In this document: piece by piece, positions 48,843 to 58,984 of the stretch
Layout: each line of letters opens with the position of its first letter
Position numbering within the stretch: the first letter of the stretch is position 1
DNA from: an uncultured virus (IMG/VR IMGVR_UViG_3300028215_000034)
Taxonomy: Duplodnaviria > Heunggongvirae > Uroviricota > Caudoviricetes > Schitoviridae
Length of the DNA: 64,000 nt
Virus record (IMG/VR): IMGVR_UViG_3300028215_000034
Direction: 5' to 3' (one strand)
Translations under genes and position numbers: made by a program
Notes under the pieces: model-generated
Seen by the model: the letters and a program-made list of their open reading frames with translations, nothing else
What the model was told of the DNA's origin: nothing
Database searches by the model: none

Positions 48843-49958
48843 ATGTTAGACCGCGAGAAGGCCCTGGATAAGGCCAAAATACAGTTAATGGGTCACCCAG
48901 ATACCGCCTTCTTTACGTCGGTCTGTTTCTCACTGATTCACATCTGGGATGACACCATACCAACGGCTGAAACGGATGGCCTGAGTATCTGGTACAACAC
49001 CCAGTTTTTCATGAATCTGAGTGAGGAAGAACGTTTATTCTTACTCCTACATGAAACCCTGCACGTAGCTCTACGGCACATGACACGTCTTAACGGCCGG
49101 GACCGTTCACGGTGGAACCAGGCAGCGGATTACGTCATCAATGCCATGTTGATTAACCGTGGATTTAAGATGCCTAAAGGTGGCTTATACGATGCCATGT
49201 ATGAAGGCATGGGCAGTGAAGAGATCTACGATCTTCTATCCAGTGACAGCCCAACCTCACCTTGGGACGATCTTATCCCTGGTGGCGACAATGAAGCTTC
49301 CGCAGATACCGATGCTGCTATTGATGACATTTTGATTCGAGCTAATCTTCAGTCGCAGATTTCTAAAGACAAAGCAGGCTCCGTTCCCCAGGAGATCCAG
49401 CTTTACATCAACAGCCTACTGACCCCTAAGCTACCCTGGCACCGTATTTTTGCACGCTACATGGCCAAGTTCTCCAAGAGCGGGTATTCCTGGCGCAAAC
49501 CAAATCGACGGTTCTTTCCAAAGCACTATCTACCCAGTCGCTACAGCACATCTTTGTGTGACATAGCCATGGGTATGGATATTTCCGCGTCGGTACAGGT
49601 TCACCAGTTTGAGCAATTTGTGGCAGAGGCCCACAGCGTCATCAAGAAGCACAAGCCCGACAACCTCACGTTGATTCAATTCGATACCGTCATTAAGTCT
49701 GTCACCAACATCAAAACCGCCAAAGACCTGATGAACGTCAAATTCTTTGGCCGAGGCGGTACTCGTATCAAGCCCATTATTGATTGGGCTGTCGAAAACA
49801 AGCCAAGCCTATTGGTGATCTTCACTGACGGCGGCTTCCACAATTCATTACCTAACCCCGGCGTACCGGTGGTCTGGATCATTAATGACAACCCTGGCTA
49901 CGTCCCTCCTTGGGGCACAACCATCCACCTAAGTACAAAATTAAGGAACGTCGCATGA
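48843..49958 (+). CDS. HExxH metallopeptidase-like + vWA domain protein (N4 gp25 homolog)
   Basis: TAETDG, LHETLH, WNQAADYVIN, MIDAS-like DISAS, GRGGT, IFTDG. Confidence 0.88.
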   Translation: MLDREKALDKAKIQLMGHPDTAFFTSVCFSLIHIWDDTIPTAETDGLSIWYNTQFFMNLSEEERLFLLLHETLHVALRHMTRLNGRDRSRWNQAADYVINAMLINRGFKMPKGGLYDAMYEGMGSEEIYDLLSSDSPTSPWDDLIPGGDNEASADTDAAIDDILIRANLQSQISKDKAGSVPQEIQLYINSLLTPKLPWHRIFARYMAKFSKSGYSWRKPNRRFFPKHYLPSRYSTSLCDIAMGMDISASVQVHQFEQFVAEAHSVIKKHKPDNLTLIQFDTVIKSVTNIKTAKDLMNVKFFGRGGTRIKPIIDWAVENKPSLLVIFTDGGFHNSLPNPGVPVVWIINDNPGYVPPWGTTIHLSTKLRNVA

Positions 49959-51208
49959 GCGAACTGACTCTCACTAAAGGACAGCAGGCCGGCTATGAAG
50001 CCTTTGTCCAGTACATCATGAATGTGCTGGAAACCGTCTTCGTTATCGAAGGCTACTCCGGTACCGGTAAAACCACCCTGGTACAGACCATCCTGGATCG
50101 CCTACCAAAGATTCTGAGTGACGCTAAGGCTGTCGGTTCCGGTGACGGCCCAAAGTGGGAGTTGCTGTTGACCGCTACGACTAACAAGGCAGCAGAAGCT
50201 TTTTCTCAGATCACCGGCGCCGAGGTCCGTACCATTCACAGTGCTTTAGGCCTGCGAGTGCATAAGGATTACAGCACCAACAAATCAACGCTCATCGCAC
50301 GCAGCAATGCAGCACTGGTTGAGGACACGATCCTGGTCATCGACGAGGCCAGCAACATCGACCACAACCTGATGGCATTGATTTTCGAGCGCACCCGTAA
50401 TTGCAAAATTGTGTTCATTGGTGACCCAGCTCAAACCCTGGCCGTTGGCGCAACTAAAGCACCCGTCTTCAGTTCCAACTTCAAAACAGCAAAGCTGACA
50501 GAAGTGGTACGTCAAGCTAAAGGCAGCCCTATCACCGATCTGGCTACCTCGTTCCGAAACACGGTAAACCAAGGCGAGTTCTTTTCTTTTAAACCCGATG
50601 GCGTGAACATCCAGTATCTACAGCCAGAAGCCTTTGAAGAGGCGATCCTCAACGAGTTTGACGATCCTGAATGGACACACAACCAATCCAAGGTACTGGC
50701 CTGGACCAATAAAAGGGTCATCAGCTACAACCACGGTATCCGTGATTACGTGAAAGGCGCTCCAAACTTTCACGTTGGTGACTACGCCGTGTGCAACAAA
50801 TACATCAGCAACGGTAAGAAGTGTTCACTGAAAACCGATCAACTGACGCACATCACCCATATCAGCAACGATATAACGCATTTTGATGTATCTGGGAATG
50901 TCTTCACTTTGGATAACTACGACGAAGCTTTCATGCCTAAGTCACCAGACGCTAAGAAAGCTCGCCTGAAACTTGCCAAAAAAGAGGAAGACTATGCCAC
51001 AGCACGCATCATCGAAGAGACCTGGATCGATCTACGCGCAGCCTATGCCTGCACCATCAACAAAGCTCAAGGTTCCACTTACGATAAAGTCTTTATCGAC
51101 TTAGATGACGTGAAGAAATGCAACAGCGGCAATCAAATTGCCAGGATGCTGTACGTCGCAGTAAGTCGAGCTAGACACACTGTTTATCTGTGTGGAGATT
51201 TAGTTTAA
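49955..51208 (+). CDS. SF1 (Dda/RecD-like) DNA helicase (N4 gp37 homolog)
   Basis: GYSGTGKT, TIHS, IDEAS, GDPAQ, YACTINKAQGST, YVAVSRA. Confidence 0.92.
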   Translation: MSELTLTKGQQAGYEAFVQYIMNVLETVFVIEGYSGTGKTTLVQTILDRLPKILSDAKAVGSGDGPKWELLLTATTNKAAEAFSQITGAEVRTIHSALGLRVHKDYSTNKSTLIARSNAALVEDTILVIDEASNIDHNLMALIFERTRNCKIVFIGDPAQTLAVGATKAPVFSSNFKTAKLTEVVRQAKGSPITDLATSFRNTVNQGEFFSFKPDGVNIQYLQPEAFEEAILNEFDDPEWTHNQSKVLAWTNKRVISYNHGIRDYVKGAPNFHVGDYAVCNKYISNGKKCSLKTDQLTHITHISNDITHFDVSGNVFTLDNYDEAFMPKSPDAKKARLKLAKKEEDYATARIIEETWIDLRAAYACTINKAQGSTYDKVFIDLDDVKKCNSGNQIARMLYVAVSRARHTVYLCGDLV

Positions 51209-51221
51209 GAGATTGTTATTT

Positions 51222-51743
51222 ATGGAAGATAAAATTGCCTACGACCCCAAAACAAAAGGAATGATCAAATCTCATATTTATGATTTCCTTTATGGACCCG
51301 TTGACAAAGACTTTGCTAATCGCTTGAAGAGTATTATCATTAAAAACTCATTGGCGTTAGGTAACGGTCAACAATGGGTATGTTTTAAGGGGGCTTACTA
51401 TTCCTATTCACATACTGACTTACGGCCAGTTCCTATGAATAGGCTTCGAGCCGACTTGTATCCGCTGATGAAAGACTATCTTGCTGAAGTTGAGGAGGTG
51501 AACAACACAGAAATGCCTTATGTCCTGGGTTTTGTTAACCAGGTGTTAAATTCTTCTGACAGTATTCAGGATTATTTACGAATGTTTCCCCCTTCTACCC
51601 ACAAACCCATCAAAGACATTATGGATAAGTGCGTCTGTAGTAATGAACATCTGAAACAATCCGATATTAATAAGATACAAAAGAAAAACCTTGTTCCTAT
51701 CGAATTAATGAAGAAACGCATGGTGCTTAACTTGCTTATTTAA
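51222..51743 (+). CDS. N4 gp38-like hypothetical protein
   Basis: Conserved position between helicase and polymerase. Confidence 0.7.
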   Translation: MEDKIAYDPKTKGMIKSHIYDFLYGPVDKDFANRLKSIIIKNSLALGNGQQWVCFKGAYYSYSHTDLRPVPMNRLRADLYPLMKDYLAEVEEVNNTEMPYVLGFVNQVLNSSDSIQDYLRMFPPSTHKPIKDIMDKCVCSNEHLKQSDINKIQKKNLVPIELMKKRMVLNLLI

Positions 51744-51769
51744 GTTGAGGCCTGACCCGGAGAAATGTT

Positions 51770-54434
51770 GTGCGTAACCTCATATTTGAAAACGCGGATA
51801 ACCACCCGATTGCACTGCTCATCAAAGAGAATGCTTTCAACAAACAAGAGCTAATTGCTAATTATCTCACCCCATTAACCGAAGCCGGAATCACTCAGGA
51901 CAATATTATTGCATTGAGTCTGGCCTACAACGCCGCAGGCAAAGCACCGGTTAAGTACATCAAGGCTTACCTGGAAGACCTCATGCCCTCGTTAGGGGGC
52001 GTAGGCGTTCAGTACATTTACTGTGCTGACGCCGCTTACTTCAAGGCTCTTACTAAAGCCTCCAAAGCTGAACCTCACTTGGGCTATGTCCTGCCTTGTA
52101 AAATGATAGGTTACGAGCATATGCAGGTCATTTTGGGCGTGAACCATAAAAGCCTACTCTACAGCCCAGCCAATGAGCCCAAGCTCGATATGTCAATGAA
52201 CACCTTGATCACCGAGTTTGCCGGCAACTACGTGCCACCGGGTAAGGACATTATCCACAAGGCCTTCTACCCGGATGACCTGGCCACCATCAAAGACATG
52301 CTGACCCAGCTTATGAGCTGTGATCGACTCACCTGTGACATAGAAACTGGCTCACTGGACTTTGACAAAGCCGGCGTAGGTACCATCACCTTCTGCTGGA
52401 ACAAGCACGAAGGCCTGGCGTTTGCCTGTGATTACGTAGCCAACCCTGACGGTATTGATGAAGACGGTCAGTATGGCACGCTCGTTCATAACCCAGAGGT
52501 GAAAGCCCTACTCAAGGACTTCTTTGAAAACTATACCGGCACCTTGATCTGGCACAACAGCCCCTACGACACCAAGATCCTCATCTACGAGCTGTGGATG
52601 GAACACTTGCTGGATACCAAAGGTCTGCTGACCGGTCTGGACATATTGCACAAGCGGCTCCAGGACACAAAGATCATCACGTATCTAGCCACCAACACCA
52701 CGGCTGGTAACAGTCTGGCTCTCAAGGATCTGGGTCATGAGTTTGCCGGCGCCTATGGTATGGGCGATAACATCAAGGACATCCGGCGCATTCCGTTGCC
52801 GCAGCTACTGGAATACAACCTCACGGACGGGTTATGTACCTGGTTCGTGTTCGACAAATATTACCTAATAATGGTCGAGGACCAACAAGAAGATCTGTAT
52901 TACGGCTTGATGTTGCCGAGCCAAAAAGTAATCACCCAGATCGAACTCTCAGGTATGCCACTGAATCCTGAACAGGTTCAAGTTGCCCGACAAAAACTTG
53001 AGCATATTGTTCAGCAGGAGCAAGCCAAATTTGTCAACCTACCGTTGATCAAGCGGTTGGAGGATAAGCTGACGAATATGGCCTTTAAGAAGGACTTCGA
53101 GGATCGCAAGGCCAAAGCCAAGCACCCCGATAAGATCCTTCCCAAGAACCGGGCCACGTTCCCGCAGTTTGAGTTCAATCCAGGCAGCGGGCCTCAGCTT
53201 CAGATTCTCCTGTACGAAGAAATGGGGCTACCGGTCGTGGATAAAACCAAGACCAAGCTGCCCGCCACTGGAGGAAAGACACTTGAAAAGTTGGCTAATC
53301 ATACTACTGATCCTGTCTATCTGGAGCTTATGCAAGCTCTCATCAACCATTCACACGCGGATAAGATTCTCACGACGTTTATACCGGCATTTTGAGAAAG
53401 CCACCGACAAAGGCGAAACCATCGTCTACTTGCACGGCTCGTTCAACTTAGGCGGTACCAAGTCCGGCAGACTTTCGTCTTCCGATCCCAACTTGCAGAA
53501 CATTCCATCAGGCTCAGTCTACGGTAAGTTGATCAAGAGTTGCTTTGAGGCGCCCGTAGGCTGGTTGTTCGCCGGTGCTGACTTCCGCAGTCTGGAAGAT
53601 TACGTATCGGCATTAACCACCAAAGACCCAAACAAATTAAAAGTCTACACCGATGGCTATGACGGCCACTGTTTACGTGCCTTTAGTTATTTCCCGGAAC
53701 GTCTGCCAGGCATTGTCAATACAGTCGAGTCCATCAACTCCATCGAACACAAGTTCAAAGACATTCGTCAATTATCCAAAACTCCAACCTTCGCATTAAC
53801 GTACCAGGGCACCTTTATCACCTTGATGAAGAACCTAGGCTTTGATGAGGCAACCGCCAAGCAGATCGAGAGGAACTACCACGAACTGTATCAAGTCTCG
53901 GATGCCTGGGTACAAGCCAAACTGGATGAAGCAAGCCGCACCGGTTATGTGACATTAGCCTTTGGCTTACGCCTGAGAACGCCTCTGTTGGGCCAAACCC
54001 TACGGGGCAAACGCAGTACACCTTACGAGGCACAAGCTGAAGGACGCACTGCTGGCAACGCTCTCGGGCAAAGCTACGGTCTACTCACAAACCGGTCAAT
54101 GAATGCCTTCATGGATCGAGTATGGAACAGCCGGTACCGGTATGACATCAAACCTGTAGCGATGATCCATGACGCAAACTACATACTTATCAAAGACAAC
54201 ATTGAGGTAGTGGAGTGGGTCAATAACGAACTGATTAAAGCCATGGAATGGCACGACCTACCAGAGCTGTATCACCCTACTGTGAAGATCGGCGCTGCAC
54301 TGGATGTGTTCTATCCTAACTGGGCCTCACCTTGCACTCTCACCAACTACGCCGACAAGAAGGAGATCCGTGCTACGTGTGCGGCCTTTCTGGGAAAAAG
54401 TTGGCGGATAAACAAAAGGAAGCAGCATGAATAG
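51770..54434 (+). CDS. Family A DNA polymerase (N4 gp39 homolog), apparent 1-nt insertion at ~53390
   Basis: Exonuclease CDIET and HNSPYD, polymerase TKSGRLSSSDPNLQN, ADFRSLE, RQLSKTPTFALTY, IHDA. Removing one T from GCATTTTGAG gives AFEKATD in frame. Confidence 0.93.
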
Positions 54435-54660
54435 TTTCACTGTGTACACACAGGACGGGTGCATTTTCTGTACCCGTGCAATCGAACTCCTGCAAAGCAA
54501 GAATCAAGCAGTCAACGTAATTAACGTTAATGCAGATCCAGAAACAAAACACCTGTTCCATCGCCGTGGTTTCAAAACCGTCCCGCAGATTTACCACAAT
54601 GGTAAGCACGTGGGCGGGTACGACGATCTGGTTATCTACCTGGGGGAGCAAAGCGAATGA
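54427..54660 (+). CDS. Glutaredoxin
   Basis: CIFC, TVPQI, GGYDDL. Confidence 0.92.
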   Translation: MNSFTVYTQDGCIFCTRAIELLQSKNQAVNVINVNADPETKHLFHRRGFKTVPQIYHNGKHVGGYDDLVIYLGEQSE

Positions 54661-54995
54661 GAGCACTCCTCATCACACTGGAAGGGATTGAAGAAGTTCA
54701 GCTTGAAACCGTAGACGGTAACCAACTGGATTCCATGTACCGTCTGATTGATTGCCGCACTGTCACCGGTGCCGGTGGTCCTAACGGCACTCACGTTTGC
54801 TACGCAGACGACGAAGCCTTATTCACTCTGTTCAACGGGAGCCAGGTCAATATTGTGTCGTGGTATCCCGAGAAACTGGTGGGCAAGCTACTGATCACAG
54901 GGTTTGACCCAGAGACCGGTGAAACCATTCCCGCCACTATGGATGTCGATGACCTACGATCCATGGTCAAAGTAGGAGAATTGCGGTATGAATAA
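54657..54995 (+). CDS. Hypothetical protein (DUF3846-like)
   Basis: L..MY.LIDC..V...YADDEAL...LVGKLLITG.D..GET pattern. Confidence 0.6.
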   Translation: MRALLITLEGIEEVQLETVDGNQLDSMYRLIDCRTVTGAGGPNGTHVCYADDEALFTLFNGSQVNIVSWYPEKLVGKLLITGFDPETGETIPATMDVDDLRSMVKVGELRYE

Positions 54996-55227
54996 CGAAG
55001 ACAGAGCTGAAGCAGCCTGGTGCGGAATCACAGCATATTGCGAAGCAAAGGAACAAACGCCAGAGCTGTACGATGAACTCAACACAGTAGTTCAAGATCT
55101 GATTGTTGATTTGTTACACGTAGTAGATCTCACTAAAACTGACCCGGCAACAATACTGCGTAACGCACGTATGAATTACGAAGCTGAAATTGAAGATGAA
55201 ATTGAGTATGACTCACATGATGACTAA
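54988..55227 (+). CDS. Hypothetical protein
   Basis: N.DRA...DLIVDLLH...A.MNYEAE pattern, GGAG RBS. Confidence 0.7.
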   Translation: MNNEDRAEAAWCGITAYCEAKEQTPELYDELNTVVQDLIVDLLHVVDLTKTDPATILRNARMNYEAEIEDEIEYDSHDD

Positions 55228-55247
55228 AAAAAAAAAAGAGCTAAGTT

Positions 55248-55601
55248 ATGATTGAACCAACTTACACGGTGGTTGATTTGTTTATATTAGCCTTCTCTGT
55301 GTTATCAGGCATGTTGTTTTACTACGAGATCCTGAAGCCTTTTGTACGTAAACAGTTTGCCCGTTATAAAGATCATGGAGAAAGCCGTAAAGCACTTAAT
55401 AAAAAGCAGGAATTTTATGATGGGTACGGTTGGGCCATGGCCGAAGTACGATTGTATAATGAGTCAATAAGCTACCTGGAGATGCACGCCATGAGCCACC
55501 TTACAAATGAAACCTGTGAGTTTAGGAATGGTATTGAACGAGCGGTTCAAGACCTGTTACTAATTAAACTTGGTGGGTATATTGAGGTATCTGATTCATG
55601 A
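55248..55601 (+). CDS. Hypothetical protein with N-terminal TM helix
   Basis: Hydrophobic segment at residues ~8-28. Confidence 0.6.
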   Translation: MIEPTYTVVDLFILAFSVLSGMLFYYEILKPFVRKQFARYKDHGESRKALNKKQEFYDGYGWAMAEVRLYNESISYLEMHAMSHLTNETCEFRNGIERAVQDLLLIKLGGYIEVSDS

Positions 55602-56113
55602 ATTTTCAAAAACCTAAGTATTTCGGCTTCTACTGGGCTATCGCCCACGAAGCCGCTGCTCAATCTGTCGCTACCCGGCATAAGGTCGGGGCGGTGGTAG
55701 TAACACTCTCAGGTATGATCAGCACAGGCTGGAATGGAATGCCGGCCGGTATGGATAACAACTGTGAAAATGGTGAAGTGGTTAAGGTATATAACGAGGA
55801 CGGTATCTATCAGGGTGAACGCCTCAAAACCAGTTCTGAAGTCATACACGCTGAACGTAACGCCATCGACAAGATGACCCGTCAAGGTGTCGGTACCGAA
55901 GGCGCTATCTTGTTCATCACTCGGGCACCCTGCCTGGAGTGCGGAAAAGCCCTGCAAGGCCTTGGCTTGTCTACGGTCCACTACGACGAAGACCATGACG
56001 ACATGCAAGGTGTAGAGCTTCTGAGAGCTACTGGCACAATGGTCATCAAACGATCAGCGCCTATAACAACACCACCTGAATCTCACAACGAAACTTACCA
56101 ACTGTCAGCATAG
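55598..56113 (+). CDS. dCMP deaminase
   Basis: KVGAV, GWNG, HAERNA, PCLEC. Confidence 0.92.
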   Translation: MNFQKPKYFGFYWAIAHEAAAQSVATRHKVGAVVVTLSGMISTGWNGMPAGMDNNCENGEVVKVYNEDGIYQGERLKTSSEVIHAERNAIDKMTRQGVGTEGAILFITRAPCLECGKALQGLGLSTVHYDEDHDDMQGVELLRATGTMVIKRSAPITTPPESHNETYQLSA

Positions 56114-56131
56114 GCCTCCGGCCTGTCTGTG
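56111..56131 (+). promoter_or_regulatory. TCC-loop hairpin (copy 6)
   Basis: AGGCC-TCC-GGCCT-GTCT-GTG. Confidence 0.5.
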
Positions 56132-56156
56132 GTTTTTAATCATCAAGGCTTCCACC

Positions 56157-56390
56157 ATGATCTTCCACACCCGTGTGGGTGGTATCCCCTGCCAGTGTCT
56201 GGTGTACAGCTATTACCCTGCTGTACCCATGAGAATTACCGGCACCGGCTTTGGGGATGCCGACCCACCTGAACCAGAAGTCTTTGAGTTCCGTTTACTG
56301 GATCGTAAAGGTTATCCAGCAAACTGGCTTGAAAGCAAATTAACCCTCAATGACCACCATCGACTTTTAAAGGAATACCTAGCTTTATGA
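56157..56390 (+). CDS. Conserved phage hypothetical protein
   Basis: GIPC...FRLLDRKGYPA.WLE.KL motif. Confidence 0.75.
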   Translation: MIFHTRVGGIPCQCLVYSYYPAVPMRITGTGFGDADPPEPEVFEFRLLDRKGYPANWLESKLTLNDHHRLLKEYLAL

Positions 56391-56596
56391 ACCTTAACGA
56401 GATGTTAGCTCAAATCCACACCATGTTGAAGCAGAGCTGCTTCTCAGACATTGTTGAAGTCACCGGTGTATCACCTTCGTGTGTATGGCACTGGCGCAAT
56501 GGACCACCTGAGAAGCCTAGCCTCTTGGTGTTTTCAAAACTGGCTCGCTACTGCGGCCAGAACCCTACTCTGAAGCAACTGGAGGTTTTACTGTGA
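56387..56596 (+). CDS. Small HTH-like protein
   Basis: SDIVEVTGVSPSCVWHWRNG...P.L..F.KLA. Confidence 0.6.
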   Translation: MNLNEMLAQIHTMLKQSCFSDIVEVTGVSPSCVWHWRNGPPEKPSLLVFSKLARYCGQNPTLKQLEVLL

Positions 56597-57042
56597 ACAC
56601 ACGAACGCCTGAAGAAATTCGTAGGCTTGTTGCTGTAGCAGATAACGAAATAAACAGTATTTCACTTTTACTATTTAACGCCCTTAGTCGTGCTAACGCG
56701 TTACGCGAAGGAAGCAAAGTATATGAAAACCCTGCCGCGTGTAATGAGTTGGATGCGCTCTGTCAGTACATTGCTATGGCAACAGGCGCCCTCGGAGAAG
56801 TTGCCGATTACAACCGAGAGTTTGAAACAACGGCCGATGTTATTGAAGCAGAAGATGACAGTGGACCTGGCCCTGACAATCTTATTGATGATTGCCACCA
56901 GAAGCTCAAAGCTGGGCTGGCTGGTCTGGGGCCTGGAGAAAGTTATTCCATTACTGTCAGAAAAGACGTGGAAAATGTCGTTACCACAGACATGTCAGCA
57001 AAAGAGTTTGCTAAACGATTTAGACAAAACTACCAAGCATAA
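56593..57042 (+). CDS. Hypothetical protein
   Basis: GGAGG RBS, GTGA overlap. Confidence 0.65.
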   Translation: MNTRTPEEIRRLVAVADNEINSISLLLFNALSRANALREGSKVYENPAACNELDALCQYIAMATGALGEVADYNREFETTADVIEAEDDSGPGPDNLIDDCHQKLKAGLAGLGPGESYSITVRKDVENVVTTDMSAKEFAKRFRQNYQA

Positions 57043-57134
57043 ATAAAAAGAATGTTTAATTAATTAAGTAACCGCCTTTCATATATAGGTTGTATTGGGT
57101 AGTATTGCCCAACTTACTTAATTAGGACATTCAA

Positions 57135-57359
57135 ATGGCTGTTGCAATTACCGATAAAAACTACCTTCCAAACGCAAATAGCATTATCAATGGTAATGCT
57201 GAATTGACCGCTGTATCTCGTAGAAACAAATTGTCTTGGGCATTGCCTGGAGGTGGGTTTACTTCGTCTAGACCATTTGCAATGGCTTATGCTTCACGAA
57301 TGAACAGACTGATTACCGATAACATGAGAAAGCAAAATGTAAGTTTGCTTTGGTCATAA
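57135..57359 (+). CDS. Hypothetical protein (WALPGG motif)
   Basis: AGGA RBS after an AT-rich gap. Confidence 0.65.
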   Translation: MAVAITDKNYLPNANSIINGNAELTAVSRRNKLSWALPGGGFTSSRPFAMAYASRMNRLITDNMRKQNVSLLWS

Positions 57360-57448
57360 CGATTAATTAACTGATGGGTTGTCTTCCTTTATCCCATCAA
57401 TCCGCAGTTAAGTTCTTCATTACCGTGAGGCCCTTAACTGTCTTGTTT

Positions 57449-57488
57449 GCCCCGACCTGGACTACAAAACCGGTGTCGGGGCTTTTTT
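57449..57488 (+). terminator. Intrinsic terminator
   Basis: GCCCCGAC...GTCGGGGC then TTTTTT. Confidence 0.7.
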
Positions 57489-57505
57489 ATTTAAGGAACA
57501 TCAAT

Positions 57506-57697
57506 ATGCCACAACCAGATACAACCATTGCCGTGGTACTTAGCCGCGCAGAAATTACAGAGTTACTTGAAGCGTGTCGGTTCGCCGCACCTATGAGTAA
57601 TGCCTTCAATAACCCACATTTCAAGAATGCTAAGGCCAAGCTACAACGGTCTGTCAAAGCCAGCAACGATACACAACCACAGGAAAAATCAGCATGA
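57506..57697 (+). CDS. Hypothetical protein
   Basis: AAGGA RBS before ATG 57506. Confidence 0.55.
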   Translation: MPQPDTTIAVVLSRAEITELLEACRFAAPMSNAFNNPHFKNAKAKLQRSVKASNDTQPQEKSA

Positions 57698-58254
57698 AAA
57701 TTAAACCTACTACCATTAGTAAATACATCAAAGTTGGTAAGGCCCTGAGATCACTACTCATGGTAGAAAACCGGATCGACTCCACCATCTTTTGTCTCCG
57801 TTACAACGTAACCGGTGGGTTTGTTGGTGAAATGGCTCGCGCTGGTTTTATTAAGAAAATCGGCGTAGGTACTTACGAATGGACTCACGATCTCGCCGTT
57901 ACTACCGAGACCATCCGGGAAATGTTGGAAGTTCGTGAACAAAACAAACTGGCGCGTAGCATCAAGGCAGCTAAAAAGGTTGAAGCAGCTAATGACTGTG
58001 GAACCATGAAACAAGAAGGTATCGACTTTCTTGTGGCTAATGCTGCCGAGCCCAGGCTCAATTGGCCATGGGTTCAAGGTAGTAACGCAAAACCAATCGA
58101 CCCTATGATTATGAATTTACCGTATGGCGATAACAGTACCACCACAGAAGTTAGTGAAGTGGACCCAAAGGACGTATCACGGTCTGAGCACGTCGAGCTA
58201 CAGCAGCGTGTTGCAGCCCTGGAACAGTTGATTATTCGTCGAGGTGTCGCGTAA
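57694..58254 (+). CDS. Hypothetical protein, possible winged-helix N-terminus
   Basis: M.RAGFIKKIGVGTYEW wing-like segment, C-terminal coiled coil. Confidence 0.6.
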   Translation: MKIKPTTISKYIKVGKALRSLLMVENRIDSTIFCLRYNVTGGFVGEMARAGFIKKIGVGTYEWTHDLAVTTETIREMLEVREQNKLARSIKAAKKVEAANDCGTMKQEGIDFLVANAAEPRLNWPWVQGSNAKPIDPMIMNLPYGDNSTTTEVSEVDPKDVSRSEHVELQQRVAALEQLIIRRGVA

Positions 58255-58292
58255 CCCCAGACCCACTAAATTTAATGTAAAGGAGCAAGGCG

Positions 58293-58769
58293 ATGAGTGA
58301 TGAACGACAAGCGTTTGAGCAACTGCATGCTATACCCAGCGGGGCTATATGGTGCGAGAAGCGTCATATTTACATACACAGAAACTATTCTGGTCTGGTT
58401 CTACACCCCATCAATGAAGCATTGGAAGCGTTCTGCGAAGGGGCGCGTTGGCAAGCCAGCCGCCAGGTTGACGGTGAGTCTGTGGCTTATCAATACTGGT
58501 GGCCAGAAAGCCCGAGACAGGTGACGGTGTGTAAAGCAAAAGACTTGCCAAGTGGCGGGCCTGACTTGATAGTTCAGCCGCTCTACACCCACCCTGCAAG
58601 CGCCGATGTGCCGGAAAAATGGCGCACAGTTATGAAAGAGCTTGCCGATGATGTTGAAAGCGAGGTTGAAGCCCGTAGGTCTGGCGAGCTTGACCGACGC
58701 ATTGAGCGTGATCTGATTGTAGTGAAAGAAGCGAGAGTGTTACTTGACGAACAGGAGCAAGGCCAATGA
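58293..58769 (+). CDS. Modular phage accessory protein (AFE...WQASRQ...VAY...PLYTHP)
   Basis: Motifs shared with 58977-59499. AGGAG RBS lies within the junction repeat. Confidence 0.7.
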   Translation: MSDERQAFEQLHAIPSGAIWCEKRHIYIHRNYSGLVLHPINEALEAFCEGARWQASRQVDGESVAYQYWWPESPRQVTVCKAKDLPSGGPDLIVQPLYTHPASADVPEKWRTVMKELADDVESEVEARRSGELDRRIERDLIVVKEARVLLDEQEQGQ

Positions 58770-58984
58770 GCTTCGACTATTTGCGAAAAACCTACGGCGT
58801 ACCTGCAAAGCGAGGCGGGCTCGTGATGATCAAGCTGGCCGAGGACTGGTATCCGGGGCGCATTGTCTCGGCGACTCATTACGTGAGAGTCAGACCAGAC
58901 CACATGCCGCGTCACCGGTTCAACTTTCACCCGACTGATACTGACTTTTTGCGGTACTGCGAACAGGAGCAAGGCGATGAGTGA
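58766..58984 (+). CDS. Conserved phage protein (FDYLRKTYGVPAKRGG...HPT)
   Basis: Motif seen, ATGA overlap. Confidence 0.75.
   Translation: MSFDYLRKTYGVPAKRGGLVMIKLAEDWYPGRIVSATHYVRVRPDHMPRHRFNFHPTDTDFLRYCEQEQGDE

Noticed and set aside
53169..53395. Naturally split DNA polymerase, intron or intein
   Set aside because: There is no intervening sequence. Removing one T restores a continuous protein of normal N4-like length.
55226..55237. Long poly-A tract as a phase-variation site
   Set aside because: It is intergenic, right at a stop codon, and homopolymer lengths are unreliable in this sequence.
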